Below are positions 1-11,770 of a stretch of DNA of 63,576 nt, piece after piece. Under the pieces are notes generated by a model, which saw only the letters and a program-made list of their open reading frames with translations, searched no databases and was not told where the DNA came from. How positions within the stretch are numbered: the stretch's first letter is position 1; each line of letters opens with the position of its first letter. The DNA comes from Octopus bimaculoides (lineage: Eukaryota). Location of the stretch: assembly GCF_001194135.2 (NCBI RefSeq), contig NC_068986.1, forward strand, positions 85,624,271 through 85,687,846, written 5' to 3'. A program made the translations under genes and the position numbers.

Positions 1-42
<42 letters not shown>

Positions 43-505
43 TGACATATAGCTCATTATCGTCCGGCGGAGCTGTTCAACACTCAACGCTTCAGTCTGG
101 CATTGCTTACGTCTATTTATCATATTCCTTCCTCCGAAGGTGACGGCTAAGTTATGCTATTTTTCATGTTTAATCAACGCTGATTGCATACCAAATCTGC
201 CAAGAACACTTAAGGCCATGCAAACAACGTGACTACATACCCGCAAGCACTCGCGCACACAAACACATGCAAGCGTACACACGCACGCGCACAGACACAT
301 ACACACGGATACATCCGCACGCGGTTATGCACAAGACACACTTCTTCACTGTATATATAACTAAATATGTGCGTGTATGTGTGTGTATACGTGTGTGTGT
401 ATACGTGTGTGTATACGTGCGTGTGCATAGTTGCATATATATACACTGTATGTGTGTGTATATATACATATATCTACACACGCATAAACACACAAACACA
501 CATAT

Positions 506-556
<51 letters not shown>

Positions 557-690
557 TATATATATGCATGCATCTATGTGTGTGTATGCATGTATGTATG
601 TATGTATGTATATATGTATGTATGTGTGTATGTGTGTATGTATGTATGTATGTATGTATGTATTTTTGTATGTATGTATGTATGTATATG
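1..690. repeat. Compound (AT)n/(CA)n/(TATG)n microsatellite block
   Basis: Direct reading. It explains the spurious YIYI/HTHT/CVCV ORFs. Confidence 0.95.
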
Positions 691-694
691 ATCA

Positions 695-1080
695 TCACAG
701 TATAAAATTAACGGTGGAACCCCAAGCAATCCAATGAGACTGCACAAAGGAAATAACCTCACCTACTGGGAAAGGCTGAAAGATTTAAGGCTTTCTCTCT
801 AAGACCAATGCAGGAAAGATATGAAGTGATATGCATCTCGAAAACCCTGGAAGACCTTGCACCAACCTTTGGCATTATAAGTTACACAAATATCAGAACG
901 GGGCGCCACTGCATAGTGCCAAAAATCCCACAATCGCCATCAAAGTACAGGCCAGTTACTGCAACGGCTTGGGTTTCTAGGGCCCACTGCTCTTCAATAT
1001 CCATCCAAAATGCCTGAGAGACCCTCATGGTGTAGATGTAGGTGTTTTCACAATGAAACGGGATCTCTTCTTGTCTTTGA
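695..1080 (+). mobile_element. CR1-group LINE, decayed ORF2 C-terminal fragment
   Basis: Frameshifted translation YWERLKDLRLFSL..ERYEVICISKTLEDLAPTFGI..RTGRHCIVPKIP..SLGFRGPLLFNI..DVGVF..DLFL fits the CR1/L2-group C-terminus. It matches the copies at 22198 and 41690. Confidence 0.8.
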
Positions 1081-1084
1081 TACA

Positions 1085-1259
1085 GTGACAGTCCCATGAA
1101 AGTAAAGAATGCTACTGCTATTTGGCCCCAGCAAACACAGTCTCCAGTTGGCCATGACACATTTTCTATGTCCTTATATTGTGAAAGGGGAGATAAGCGC
1201 CGCCACTCAACAAAACCAGCACCCAGGGTCTAATTTCAGAGTCATTGCTCATCATCAGT
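1085..1259 (-). mobile_element. Partial inverted copy of the 1340-1648 hammerhead element, with a decayed ribozyme
   Basis: Reverse complement of 1396-1572 at roughly 80-85% identity by eye. The minus strand reads CTGATGA T GAG CAATGA CTC T GAAA TTAG AC, so helix III is mutated. Confidence 0.8.
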
Positions 1260-1339
1260 CAGCTAGCTGTCGATGCCTATTCGCCTTTGAAACATATATA
1301 TTTCAAGTGAAATACATTCACTGGTTTCCAATATAGAAA

Positions 1340-1648
1340 TATCACATTTCTAAATCTCTCAGAGAGATTTATACAGCTGGCAAGCCATGCTACTCCAGAC
1401 TGATGATGAGCAATGATTCTGAAACTAGTCTCTGGATGGTGGCTTTGCTGGGTGGAGGCGCTTATCTCCCCTTTCACAACATAAGAACACAAAAATGTGT
1501 CATGGCCAACTGGAAACTTTGTTACCTGAGGCTAAATAGCACTTGCATTCTTCACTTTCATGGGACTGTCACATTAAGTTGACAACATACCATCACTATA
1601 TCGTGCTGCTACAGTATAATGCTCTCTGAGAGATTTAGAAATGTAATA
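1340..1648 (+). mobile_element. Short non-coding hammerhead-bearing element bounded by 27-bp inverted repeats (PLE-derived or retrozyme-like)
   Basis: 1340-1366 TATCACATTTCTAAATCTCTCAGAGAG vs 1622-1648 (reverse complement TATTACATTTCTAAATCTCTCAGAGAG), 1 mismatch. A hammerhead lies inside. Confidence 0.65.
1395..1435 (+). ncRNA. Minimal type I hammerhead ribozyme (GUC site, predicted cleavage 1430/1431)
   Basis: CCAGA-CUGAUGA-U-GAG-CAAUGA-UUC-U-GAAA-CUAG-UC-UCUGG. Helix I is a perfect 5 bp, the core is complete and helix III is the palindrome ACUAGU. Confidence 0.8.
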
Positions 1649-1844
1649 TATATATATATATATATATANNNNNNNNNNNNNNNNNNNNNNNNNNNNNNNN
1701 NNNNNNNNNNNNNNNNNNNNNNNNNNNNNNNNNNNNNNNNNNNNNNNNNNNNNNNNNNNNNNNNNNNNNNNNNNNNNNNNNNNNNNNNNNNNNNNNGAGG
1801 GAGGAGAACACAGTTCACGGGATTCACAATTTTTTTTTATTTAC

Positions 1845-2185
1845 TTTTTAATAGAAATGGTAACATTTGTATCCGCATCCAGTTCTATTTAGCAATTCAG
1901 TTAAAAGTGTGAGTGCCAGGCAGAACAGGAGTGGGGAGAGCGTGTCTCCCTGGAATATTCCTCTTCTAATGGGGATGGCTTTCGTTTTCACCAGTCCCTC
2001 TTTTGTTTCGAGCTGTAGCACTGTCTGCCATTTATTCATAGAGTGCCTTATGTATTTTATAATAATTAGTGCCACCTTGTTTATGGCTAGTGTTTCCAGA
2101 ATCCACGTGTGGAGAACACTGTCGAAATCCTTTTGATAGTCTACCCAAGCCATACTGAGGCCTTTCTTCTTACTCCTTCTATTGT
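1845..2185 (-). mobile_element. Dong/R4-type (RLE) non-LTR retrotransposon, RT fragment
   Basis: ORF 1848-2153 reads AWVDYQKDFDSVLHTWI...RRGIFQGDTLSPLLFCLAL, the RT motifs typical of the R4/Dong clade. Confidence 0.85.
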
Positions 2186-2574
2186 AAGATATAAGCCAGA
2201 ATAAAATACAGACAAGAAATAAAAATTACAGATACACCTCCCTTATACTGTAAAATAAAAGAGTGAACAATTATATCCACTAGTGATGTCTCCCCCATAG
2301 AAATATGTTTATTTTTCAACCCTTAGCATGATGAGCAATGCGAAACCGGTTATTACTTTAATTATGCTGAAAGAGAAAAATCTTATTTTGTACGAAATTG
2401 TATATCTTTATTATCATGACTCTANNNNNNNNNNNNNNNNNNNNNNNNNNNNNNNNNNNNNNNNNNNNNNNNNNNNNNNNNNNNNNNNNNNNNNNNNNNN
2501 NNNNNNNNNNNNNNNNNNNNNNNNATATATATATATATATATACATATATGGATATATATACATACTTATATGA

Positions 2575-2610
<36 letters not shown>

Positions 2611-2764
2611 TGTATATGTCGATGATGAATATGTATGCATGTATATGCAGATGAAAGTTTGACAGAAAGCAGGGCAAAAATGGGGGTGAAAAGGGGGGAA
2701 GAAAGAGAAGAGAGCGGCTGGCGCACATTGATCATATTTGGAACGGTGTAGACGTATTGCAGGC

Positions 2765-3281
2765 TTAGAAATAGCAATGACGATGATGGGGATGATGATG
2801 ACGATGATTATGACGATGATGATGATGATGATGGTAATGGTTGCGATGTCTATGATACTGAAATCGGCAACGTTTATCGTAGTGATATTTATGATGGTGG
2901 AGGCTGTGATGGTGATATCGGAGACGATGGTGGTGGTGGCGGTGGAAAAAGTAATGACCTTACTGCTTTTCGTAAGTATTGACAGGTGCGAGTTAATAAG
3001 CAAACTGAACAACCAATTCATTATTGTGAGATGAAGTATTTAAAACACAATTTGCTTTCTTAAACGTTAAAAACACAAAACAAATACATTCTAGTTTACC
3101 ATTGGTAACATTTCATATGTGTAAGTGTGAGTGCGCGCGCGCGTGTTTGTGTCTGTGTGTGTGTGTGTGTGTGTGTAAAAGAGAGAGAGAGAGAAAGCGT
3201 GTGTATTTGCACGCGCGTGTTTGTATGCATGTGTGAGTGTGTGTCTCTATATATACATACACATTTGCATATAAATGTGCG

Positions 3282-3317
<36 letters not shown>

Positions 3318-3393
3318 TATATATACACACACACACACACAAATGTATATATAATATATATACAGACATATATATATTACATAATATATATTT

Positions 3394-3442
<49 letters not shown>

Positions 3443-3760
3443 GAAATATACGAATATGTATATATAACCATATATATGTATATTTATGTATACGTACATA
3501 TACATACGTACATATACATAGTCATATATCTATTTCTCTCTTTCTTTCTTTATTTCTTTCTTTCTTTGTTTCTTTCTTTCTTTCTTCCTTTCTTTCTTTC
3601 TTTCCTTCTCTCTGTCTGTGTCTCGCTTTCTCTGTACATATATGTGTATGTATGTGTGTGTTTTGTGTGTGTTTGTGTTTGCATGTATAAGCATGTGTGT
3701 GTGCGAATGTTTTGTGTGCGTGTGTAAGGGCGGATGCATATGTGTATATGTATAAATAAC
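2765..3760. repeat. Degenerate (GAT)n tract followed by CA/AT/TTTC microsatellites
   Basis: Direct reading. Confidence 0.9.
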
Positions 3761-4246
3761 CTCACATACGCGCATACAGGAACACACACAGAAGCATGCA
3801 TACACGCATATACATGCATTGTAATTCTGTTTATCTCTCTATCTTTCTCTATGTGTGAATATGTGTACAGATATTTACCTCTCACTATATCTCTACACTT
3901 CTCTATATACGCTTGAGTATACAGTCATATAGACACATACACACACACACATACACACGTACATGCATACATACATAAAAACAAACAAATCTCCCATGAT
4001 AGAGATTTTGTTTCTTTGTGGGAAACCACCCCCGTCTTAGTGTGATTACAAATGAATATAGATTACATACGTACATGTATACGAACGTGTATATCCATAT
4101 ACGTACGTATGCATCCATGCATGAATAATACATACATACATACAAACGTTCGTATACTTATTTACGTGTGTACATGCATATATTTCGAAACGTGTAAATA
4201 CACATGCTTACGCATATTTACCCGCATATAAGTGTGTATGTTTACG

Positions 4247-4345
4247 TACGAGGGTGTGAAATGATCTCAAAGGAACACTGGAGAGTACATCTGAACTCAT
4301 CAAAACGAAGAATTATTCATTGAATCTTCTCGACAAAAAAGTCTT
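4247..4345 (+). mobile_element. Possible mariner terminal fragment
   Basis: Begins TACGAGGGT, a common mariner TIR start. No partner TIR seen. Confidence 0.35.
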
Positions 4346-4352
4346 TCTCATT

Positions 4353-4523
4353 TAGGCGCAAAGCCAACAGTTTTGAGGGGAATGGGTTAGTCGATACCAT
4401 CAACCCCACTACTTGACTTCTATCTTATTTTACCAATCTTGCTAAAGTGAATTGACCTCGGTGTGTTTTGAACTCAGAAGGTAAAAAACTGGATCAAATC
4501 TCGCATATCTGCCATATCGCCGC
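4353..4523 (-). mobile_element. tRNA-derived SINE family A, decayed copy
   Basis: Similar to the more intact copies at 8548 and 53438. Confidence 0.7.
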
Positions 4524-5560
4524 TTCCGCTGCTCAAACTGTAAAAAATTTATAATTTACCCAGAATAACGGCGTAGGTTTTTGTTGTGTCGACGCTCCCA
4601 AGCGAAGAAGTAGGTTCGACCAAGACATATAAATAGAGGTAGTCTGACCGTGGTAGCAGTCGACTAACTGTTAACTGACAGTTGAGTAGCTTTCGGGTAC
4701 TGGTTGAGCAGAGATCATCCGAAGGTGCTAGATAGCAGTAGCTTGAGACATAACAGTTGTAATGTGAAGAAATAAAGCAAAATTTAAAAATAAAAACGAA
4801 TCTTTGAGTGACCATATAAGCAAAATGTTTAACCTTCAGCTACAATTGCATCAAGGAATGTAACCGAATAAATAGAGCACTTGGCTCAGCATTATAAGAC
4901 CGTAAGTTCGATTAGTGGATTAGGTAGCGTGCTGAACCTTATTTTACGTTGCTCCAATTTACACAGCTACAAATTTGTGCATACGTGGGATAGTATAGCT
5001 CTCTCGTTTTCTCGTCAGGTTCAAAAACCTGGAGAGCCAAAATTGCATATGGACTTCTCTTGACTACATAGTCAACTAAAACAATTTTTTAAAGCGTAGC
5101 ACATCTTAACAGCTGATTGCAAGTGACGGCTGCTTGTTCATATACACATACATGTATATGTACGTATATAGAATATCTGTTGATGTTTTTCTCAAGCCTG
5201 TCTAATTCTCTATCTGATATACCACATTGCTCTAGGGGCATGTTTATGATTGATCACCCCTTAAAAGGTGTCATTAAAACAGTTGGCAATCGATCTTAAA
5301 ATGTTGAGTTTAAAAATTTGTAGCAAAATTATTGCTTAAACGGCATGTGTGATAGGTAGACGTAATGGATCAATACGAAAATTTTCGAGAAAATAAAGTA
5401 ACAAAAAAGAAAAATATGTCTATGAGTATGAGTGTATGTGTGTGCATGCGTATGTATGTGTGTGTGCGTGCGTCTGTATGCGTGTGTGTGTATGTGTGCG
5501 TGCGTGAATGCTTACAAATATACACAAAATATACATATACATTAATACATATAGATGTAC

Positions 5561-5596
<36 letters not shown>

Positions 5597-6155
5597 NNNN
5601 NNNNNNNNNNNNNNNNNNNNNNNNNNNNNNNNNNNNNNNNNNNNNNNNNNNNNNNNNNNNNNNNNNNNNNNNNNNNNNNNNNNNNNNNNNNNNNNNNNNN
5701 NNNNNNNNNNNNNNNNNNNNNNNNNNNNNNNNNNNNNNNNNNNNNNNNNNNNNNNNNNNNNNNNNNNNNNNNNNNNNNNNNNNNNNNNNNNNNNNNNNNN
5801 NNNNNNNNNNNNNNNNNNNNNNNNNNNNNNNNNNNNNNNNNNNNNNNNNNNNNNNNNNNNNNNNNNNNNNNNNNNNNNNNNNNNNNNNNNNNNNNNNNNN
5901 NNNNNNNNNNNNNNNNNNNNNNNNNNNNNNNNNNNNNNNNNNNNNNNNNNNNNNNNNNNNNNNNNNNNNNNNNNNNNNNNNNNNNNNNNNNNNNNNNNNN
6001 NNNNNNNNNNNNNNNNNNNNNNNNNNNNNNNNNNNNNNNNNNNNNNNNNNNNNNNNNNNNNNNNNNNNNNNNNNNNNNNNNNNNNNNNNNNNNNNNNNNN
6101 NNNNNNNNNNNNNNNNNNNNNNNNNNNNNNNNNNNNNNNNNNNNNNNNNNNNNNN

Positions 6156-6193
<38 letters not shown>

Positions 6194-6230
6194 TACACAC
6201 GCATACATTTATATACATATCTATGTCTGT

Positions 6231-7121
6231 ATCAGATATGATCAATAAGTATCCGGACTGTTGTCATAGTAACGAAGCTAAAGCATGAATTAGTGAAGCA
6301 ACTTGGCACAGATTGACCATGGACTCTGCTGTGCATGCACACCATGTTTTAACGTTCTAACTCACTTCCGCTGTCTACAGCAGTGTTTAGAATTAACGCA
6401 TGTAACGTGTGGTCGTCGCATTGACCATGACAGAGAAAGTTGTCATGTCGATATATGCTCAGAGGCCTACGCAAAGTTGCAGAAAATGTATGGAGAGAAG
6501 TGTATGAGCCACACACAAGTGTACGAGGGGTTCAGAACTTTGCAAGGTAGCCGAAAAATGTCGATTTTGAATAGCGTTCTGGGAGACCCGCAACCAGAAC
6601 TGGGAAAGTATCGCAGACGTGCGTGCAGCTGTGATGGGAAATCGTTAAATCACCATCCATGAGTTATCAGAGGATGTGCAGATTAGTTACGGTTCACTTC
6701 AGTCCTTCATCTCTGAAGATTTGGATACGAGACGCATGTTTGCCAAGTTTGTGCCAAAATTTCTTTCAACTGACCAAAAAGACACTCGGGGTTCAGTTGC
6801 ACAAGATCTTCTTGATTGTATCGAAAATGAGGTAGATTTTTGAAAACTTTCCTTAGGCCTCTGAGTAGCTACCGCCAATCTTTTGTCAAAAGTTGATATA
6901 GATTCTCTGCTCAACATTCTCTGTCATGTTCAATGTGACGATAACACGCTACGCATCTTCCTTCCAAGCATTACTGTAACCAGCGGAAGTGAGTTAGAAT
7001 GTTAAGACAGTGCGCATGCACAGCAGTGTTTAAGGTCAATATGTACACAGAGGCTTTATTCTACCTACTTTAGCTTCGTTAATATAACAACAGTCCAGAT
7101 AATTATTCATCAGACCACGTA
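6231..7121 (+). mobile_element. Mariner-derived fold-back element: left end plus transposase N-terminus plus an inverted copy of the left end
   Basis: 6236-6480 is mirrored by 6846-7121. The interior translates with frameshifts as AYAKLQKMYGEKCMSHTQVYE..RRMFAKFVPKFLSTDQK (mariner HTH and WVP-like region). Confidence 0.8.
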
Positions 7122-7256
7122 TAATTTATATATATTTTATATATATATATATATATAAGAGACAAGTTGTACGTACGCCGCTATATATATATATATATAT
7201 ATATATAGGGGACAAGGACGCAAAACATTATCTGAAATTGCAAGGATAATCTGGAT

Positions 7257-7295
7257 CTCGACTGAAGAGAGAAAACTCCGAATGACCTGTCCGAG
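7257..7295 (+). ncRNA. Decayed hammerhead motif
   Basis: CTCGA CTGAAGA GAG AAAA CTC C GAAT GACCT GTC CGAG. The first core half and helix II are intact; GAAA and helix I are damaged. Confidence 0.45.
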
Positions 7296-7529
7296 TTTTC
7301 TTTGTATCGTTTATTTGTATGTACATATCAATGAAAATCAATTTAGGCAGATCAATTCACATATGATAATATATATATTCAACCATTGACCCAAAATGCA
7401 TGAATGTTTTAAAATATATTTTTAATACATGAAACATATTAAACATATATAGATATAGAAATATAATTAAAGTATATAAAATTTATCAGCATATTAGAAT
7501 ATATATAAATACATTAAGAATACATTATT

Positions 7530-7677
7530 TACATTATATACATTATTTGCATTTGACGGATATTTGTCCTCATATTGTTTGTTCCTAACACAACGTTTCG
7601 GCTGGTATACCCTCCAGTCTTCATCAGGTGTTGGGGAAATTTCGAACCTAGGTTCTCATTCCTAAAGTATTTTTCGA

Positions 7678-7752
<75 letters not shown>

Positions 7753-7805
7753 TATTATTATTCAGGTCACTGCCTGGAATCGAACTCAGAATCTTGGGGC
7801 TAGTA
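7530..7805 (-). mobile_element. SINE-like unit: Pol III B-box head, (TAA)n tract and 3' hammerhead
   Basis: The minus strand reads ...GAGTTCGATTCCAGGCAGTGACCTG-(TAA)n-...CCCCAACACCTGATGA... The A-box is not seen because the head abuts the Gypsy element. Confidence 0.55.
7585..7634 (-). ncRNA. Minimal type I hammerhead ribozyme (GUU site)
   Basis: AACAC-CUGAUGA-A-GACUGG-AGGGUAUA-CCAGCC-GAAA-CG-UU-GUGUU. Helix I 5 bp, an extra A after A9, helix II 5/6 pairs, helix III the palindrome ACGU. Confidence 0.75.
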
Positions 7806-8348
7806 GATATGCAAATTGTGCTATGATTTCAGTGATTTCCCTAGACATAAAGTGTATGTGCATTTTGAATAACATGCGTTTAATCGAAAACTGTGACTTT
7901 GTTGCCGTGAGTACTGCGCTGTACCGGTCTGAAATAATTCGAGAGGCGTTTATAAATGGACTCATTTCAAACACTCTACTGTTTTGGAATATGACTGGAA
8001 ATTAGTTTCTTTCGGCCAGGAATGACTGGTCATTCATAACAATCAAAGAAACTAATTTCCAAATTTGGAAGAAGTTGTTGAATAATTTATAGAGAACGAA
8101 ATTAATGAAAAGACGAGTACGAATTGGGAAGGATACCTGATATGGAGAGATACTTGAAACTGGACAGATTGAATGCCGAGTCAAAATCTACAAATGCTGA
8201 CAAGAATTTTAATCATTGGTTTAGACTTTTCATCAGGACAGGAACGTAGTATTATCGATAAACTCAATCTTTTGATTAATTATGTGGAACCGAATGTATA
8301 CGAATTCATCGGTGAAGTCAAGAACTATGAACAAATTCTTTTCTACAC

Positions 8349-8537
8349 TAGGCACAAGGCTCGAAATTATTGAGGAGGTGGCCAGTCAATTAGATCAACC
8401 CCAGTATGCAAATAGTACTTAATTTATCGACCTCGAAAGGATAAAAGGCAAATTCTGACATCAGTAGAGTTTGGACACAGAACATAAAGACAGACGAAAT
8501 ACCGCTCAGCGAAACTTCGCCCGGCATGCTAACGTTT
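8349..8537 (-). mobile_element. tRNA-derived SINE family A (inserted in gag)
   Basis: Carries the family core TTTATCGACCTCGAAAGGATAAAAGGC and a truncated head. Confidence 0.8.
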
Positions 8538-8547
8538 CTTATTTCTT

Positions 8548-8765
8548 TATTGCCCACAATGGACTAAACATAGAGGAGACAAACAAGGACAAAGGGATTA
8601 AGTTGATTACATCGACCCCAGTGCGTAACTGGTACTTAATGTATCGAACCCGAAAGGATGAAAGGCAAAGTCGACCTCGGTAGAATTTGAACTCAGAAGG
8701 TAAAGGCAGACGAAATATCGCTAAGCATTTCGCCCGGAGTGCTAACGTTTCTGCCAGCTCGCCGC
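8548..8765 (-). mobile_element. tRNA-derived SINE family A, near-intact
   Basis: The minus strand head GCGGCGAGCTGGCAGAAACG (A-box like) is followed by GAGTTCAAATT (B-box) and GTCGACTTTGCCTTTCATCCTTTCGGG (from memory resembling the Meta-SINE central domain; unverified). Confidence 0.88.
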
Positions 8766-9305
8766 TTTAAAAAGTGTGCATATTAAACTAAAGAACATCA
8801 TAATGGAACGCTATCTTTTGTCCACAAGAAGACAGAAACCGGGAGAATCTCTAGACTAGTTCTTAAACGAACTCAAAACACTAGTGAAACACTGTGACTT
8901 TGTTGCAGTGTGTACTGAGTAGCACTGGTCTGAAATGATTCGAGAGGCATTTATAAATAGACTCATTTCAAATTAGATAAGACAGGCTATTACAAAGCAA
9001 AGGTGTCCACCTCAGTACAGTTTATGCTCGAGCACGTTCACTAGATGTGGCGCAACAGCGTTCCAGTGTCTTTTCAAGATCTGAGTGAGCCAACTTCAGT
9101 TCCACGGCACCCATCGTAGGCAAGCCAATTGATTCCCCAAAGCCGGAGAACACTTTGCTGCGATCCAAAAAAGAAAAACGTCTCAATGTTGGTTTTGTGG
9201 TAATTTCAGAAAACCGCGGTGTGGCTCTGCGCAGGAAGCATTCTGTCACAAATGCAAAAAAATAGGACATTTTGGAAAGCCTTGTAAGAACAGCTCAGCA
9301 ACCGT

Positions 9306-11770
9306 TTGGCAGTATCAGCATCAGCATTCCGTGTAGCCTCCATTGATATACTGAGCAATACTTACAAAGCCGAAGCATTAATTGATAGCGGTAGCACGGA
9401 CAACATTTTCATCAGTGAGAAGCTAGTGGACATATTCAACATCAAAACAGTCAAATGGAAGAACATCATCGGTATGGCTTCTACATCTCTTTCTGCGGAA
9501 TCAAAGGGAAACTGTATTATTTCACTAACCCTCGATAATCAGATGTACTATAATGTGAAATTGTACATTCTCATAAACTTGACTAATTCACTGACCTAAT
9601 GCTGGGTACTGACCTCCAAGAACAGCACGAGAGTATTACTATGCAATACGGAGGACAGAAACCACCATTAACGCTTACTGCGCTAACAGCTATGAAATTT
9701 GATCCTCCAAATTATTCGCACATCTCAGGAAGGACTGTGAGCCTATTGCAGCGAAATGACGAAAATACTCGGAACGTGATCGAGAATTCATCGAGACAAA
9801 AATACGCCGCCTAGCAGATGCGAACATTATTGAAACCAGAAATTCCCTTTGGCGAAGTGCTAGTTGTTCAAGAAAAAACAAAGCGAAGAACGGCAATAGC
9901 CTATTCAGAAGCAACAAATATACACAGCCTGATGCTTTACCTCTTCTTAAAATCCATGAGTTAGTAAACACTATTGCCAAGTATAAGGTCTTCAGTACTA
10001 TAGAGTTACGTTCAGTATACCACCAAATTTCTCTATCAGACAAAGATGGTCAGTTCACTGCCCTTGAAGCTGACGGTAAATTATGGCAGTATGCTAGGAT
10101 GTCATTCGGAGTAACTCACGGCAGTTTTGAAATAGCAGCAAAAAGTGAGGGCCTCACTATGAGTGAAGTGAAATGCGTTTATTTAACAGCAATTCTAGAT
10201 TTTCTTGGATACCGTATCTCACACAATACCCTCAGCCCTGATCCAGAATCCTTAATCTTCCTATACCTACCGACTAGAAAGCATTAAAACCTACAGTCGG
10301 TATGCTTTCTTATTATGCTAAATGGATCTCCAAATTTTCTGACAAAATATATTCTCTCAATAACATATCGAAATTTCCTCTTAACAAACAACAAGTAAAA
10401 GCATTTGAGTCATTGAAGATAGAACTAGCTAATACTGCCAGCCAAATAGTAGACGAGAACATTCCATTTGCTGTTGAGACGGATGCTTCGGATTTTGCTA
10501 TATCTGCAATACTAAATCAAGATGGAAGACCAGTCGCATTCCATTCTCGCACGCTACGAGGTATCGAACAGCAGCACTCAGCTGTTTAAAATGAAGCCAA
10601 AGCAATTATCGAATCAATTCATCACTGGAGACACATTCTTCTCGGTAGACATTTGACATTAATTACTGATCAACGTTCTGTTGCATTCATGTATAATTAT
10701 AAAGTGACGAGCAAAATTAAAAATGATAAAATTATGAGATAGCACATTGCGTTATCGCCATACTCATTTGATATTCACTACCGCCCATGATCCAGTAACA
10801 CCGCACCAGATGCATTCACTAGGGTACGCTGTTCAGCAATTTGTTCACATTCACTATATGAGTTACATGCAGCACTGTGCCATCCTAATGTAATACGCCT
10901 TCATCATTTTATTCGCACTAGAAATCTTCCATGATCGTTGGAGAACGTGAAACAAACTGGTAACAATTCTTCTATATGCCAAGAAGTGAAGCCACAATAT
11001 TATAAACCAAACTTCAGTAACTAAGTGAAGGCCACGAAGCCGTTTGAGAGAATTTCAATCGATTTCAAGGGTCCGATTCCTTCCACAAAGCATTCTTATC
11101 TTCTAACAAATACTCTCGGTTTCTGTTTGTTTATCCAGTATCTGCTCAGACTGTCATAAGATGTTTTACAGACTTGTTCTCAGTTTTCGGTATGCCCGGT
11201 TATGTACATTCCTATCGTGGAACTGCCTTTATATCTACAGCATTGAGAGAATGGGTCCTTAGTAAAGGCATTGCAAAAAGTGGAACAACACCGTACAATT
11301 CCACCGGAAACAGTCAAGTAGAGAGATATAACGGTACTATTTGGAAATCAATACTACTCTCATTGAAAACTCGTGCCCTTTCAGTATCTTCATGGGAAAC
11401 AGTTCTTCCAGACGCGCTGCATTCAATCAGATCTCTACTTTGTACGCCCACGAACGCTACTCCTCATGAACGTCTCTTTAACTATTAACGACGTTCAGCT
11501 CCAAGAGCATCTATGCCATCATGGCTTCTCAACCCGAGACCTGTGCTTGTGCAAAGAAATAATCGCACTAGCAAGTATGATCATATGGTTGTCAAAGTTA
11601 ACCGAATTGAAGCCAAGCCCCAGTACGCTCCCGTTCGTTACCCAGATGGTCGTGAAACCACAGTATCCACGAAACTCTTGGCATCACCAGGGAAAGTGAA
11701 CCCTACTTTTGTGGTCTTTCAAGAGCCAGACAGAGATCTAACTGAAATGTCTTCACCTCATTCTAGATAA
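9306..11770 (+). pseudogene. pol: Gypsy pol (protease, RT with internal deletion, RNase H, integrase)
   Basis: Protease LIDSGS; RT ..RMSFGVT..LDFLGYRI..PDPE with the YxDD region missing; RNase H ETDASDFAISAILNQDGRPVAFHSRTL; integrase PFERISIDFKGP and TTPYNSTGNSQVERYNG. Many stops and frameshifts. Confidence 0.9.

Larger units (their letters stand above)
8142..9300 (+). pseudogene. gag: Gypsy gag, interrupted by two SINEs (8349-8765)
   Basis: MERYLKLDRLNAE..., DKLNLLINYVEPNVYEFIGE, IREAFIN, and a CCHC knuckle CHKCKKIGHFGKPC at about 9245-9286. Confidence 0.8.

Noticed and set aside
210-737. Numerous ORFs of YIYI/HTHT/CVCV/poly-X type here and throughout the window
   Set aside because: They are translations of microsatellites or N gaps, open in several frames on both strands.
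4570-4815. Possible solo LTR (TATAAATAG, AATAAA, TG start)
   Set aside because: No TSD, CA end or second copy could be identified.
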